Assembly: GCA_000320545.1 (NCBI GenBank)
Contig: ADNK01000977.1
Span: 18,051-82,050 of the forward strand
Source of the DNA: Bigelowiella natans CCMP2755
Lineage: Eukaryota; Protista; Cercozoa
DNA length: 64,000 nt
Direction: 5' to 3'
In this document: in pieces, positions 63,764-64,000 of the stretch
Layout: each line of letters begins with the position of its first letter
Numbering within the stretch: the first letter of the stretch is position 1
Position numbers and translations under genes: made by a program
The notes under the pieces: generated by a model
What the model was told of the DNA's origin: nothing
Seen by the model: only the letters and a program-made list of their open reading frames with translations
The model's database searches: none

Positions 63764-64000
63764 GGGGGGGGGGGGGGGGGGGGGGGGATGGCGCGCGTGC
63801 ATGCATATAAACACTAACATAAAATAAAAAAGAAAGAGTGAAAGAGAGTCAGAGTTTTTTTGTGGATAGACACAAGATTAAGTCACTATTTATATACTTA
63901 GAAAATCAGCTGGTGGGTCTTTCCCCGGGAGCTCTTGGGAGAGAGGTGGAGAGTGAGTGGGCGTTCGTGAGGAAAGGGACGTGGCGGGGGGGGGGAGGGA
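62419..64000 (+). CDS. TUBE1: Epsilon-tubulin, 5' part (runs off the window; last recognised exon ends ~63563)
   Basis: [16 protein letters not shown]|[20 protein letters not shown]|SFFRNV..IRSLK|[25 protein letters not shown]..|[26 protein letters not shown]. FWDLALxEHA, SSFFRNV and DMEEGV are epsilon-tubulin-specific. Confidence 0.95.

Noticed and set aside
1468-63800. Microsatellite arrays all roughly 30-50 nt long (apparent length cap)
   Set aside because: This may be an assembly artefact (collapse of repeats longer than the k-mer or read anchor) and cannot be called biological without long reads.
7201-64000. Possible cilium gene cluster (IFT57, FCaBP-like, epsilon-tubulin) or trafficking cluster (aftiphilin-like, ArfGAP)
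   Set aside because: The genes are separated by unrelated loci over tens of kb and these functional classes are large, so chance co-occurrence is adequate.
1-64000. tRNA, rRNA or snRNA genes, CRISPR arrays, telomeric arrays, transposase or reverse-transcriptase ORFs
   Set aside because: None was recognised by eye; a tRNAscan-SE/Infernal/RepeatMasker run would be needed to exclude them formally.

Overview
This is gene-dense, intron-rich eukaryotic nuclear DNA. It most likely comes from a flagellated alga/protist with a complex (secondary) plastid; a chlorarachniophyte-like organism is my inference from bipartite signal+transit presequences and cilium genes, not something the sequence proves. 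About 13-14 protein genes can be reconstructed by hand-splicing: RAPTOR (3' part), IFT57, an aftiphilin-like WxxF-motif protein, a myristoylated CML21/22-like EF-hand protein, a small secreted Pro-rich protein, a calflagin/FCaBP-like EF-hand protein, an intronless TetA/DHA1-type MFS transporter with a bipartite presequence, a ~25-exon AlkK/DmdB-type acyl-CoA synthetase (one GC-AG intron, C-terminal SLL), anthranilate synthase component I, a Cys-motif protein with a bipartite presequence, a long ArfGAP protein, a signal-peptide/'MRLRGG'/NHL-repeat/SAM-like protein, and epsilon-tubulin (5' part). Most short ORFs in the supplied track are microsatellite translations. The most unusual signals are architectural. 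(i) Microsatellites saturate introns and exons but are nearly absent from intergenic spacers. (ii) All seven spacers lying downstream of gene 3' ends carry a block dense in short self-complementary words (CTAG/AGCT/TGCA/CATG/GCGC), and three share a ~58-nt dispersed element; the five short head-to-head spacers do not show this. (iii) A ubiquitin-C-terminus-like RLRGG motif closes a secretory presequence on a protein with a C-terminal NLS-like basic cluster. No tRNA, rRNA, CRISPR array or autonomous transposon was recognised. All exon models are manual and unverified.
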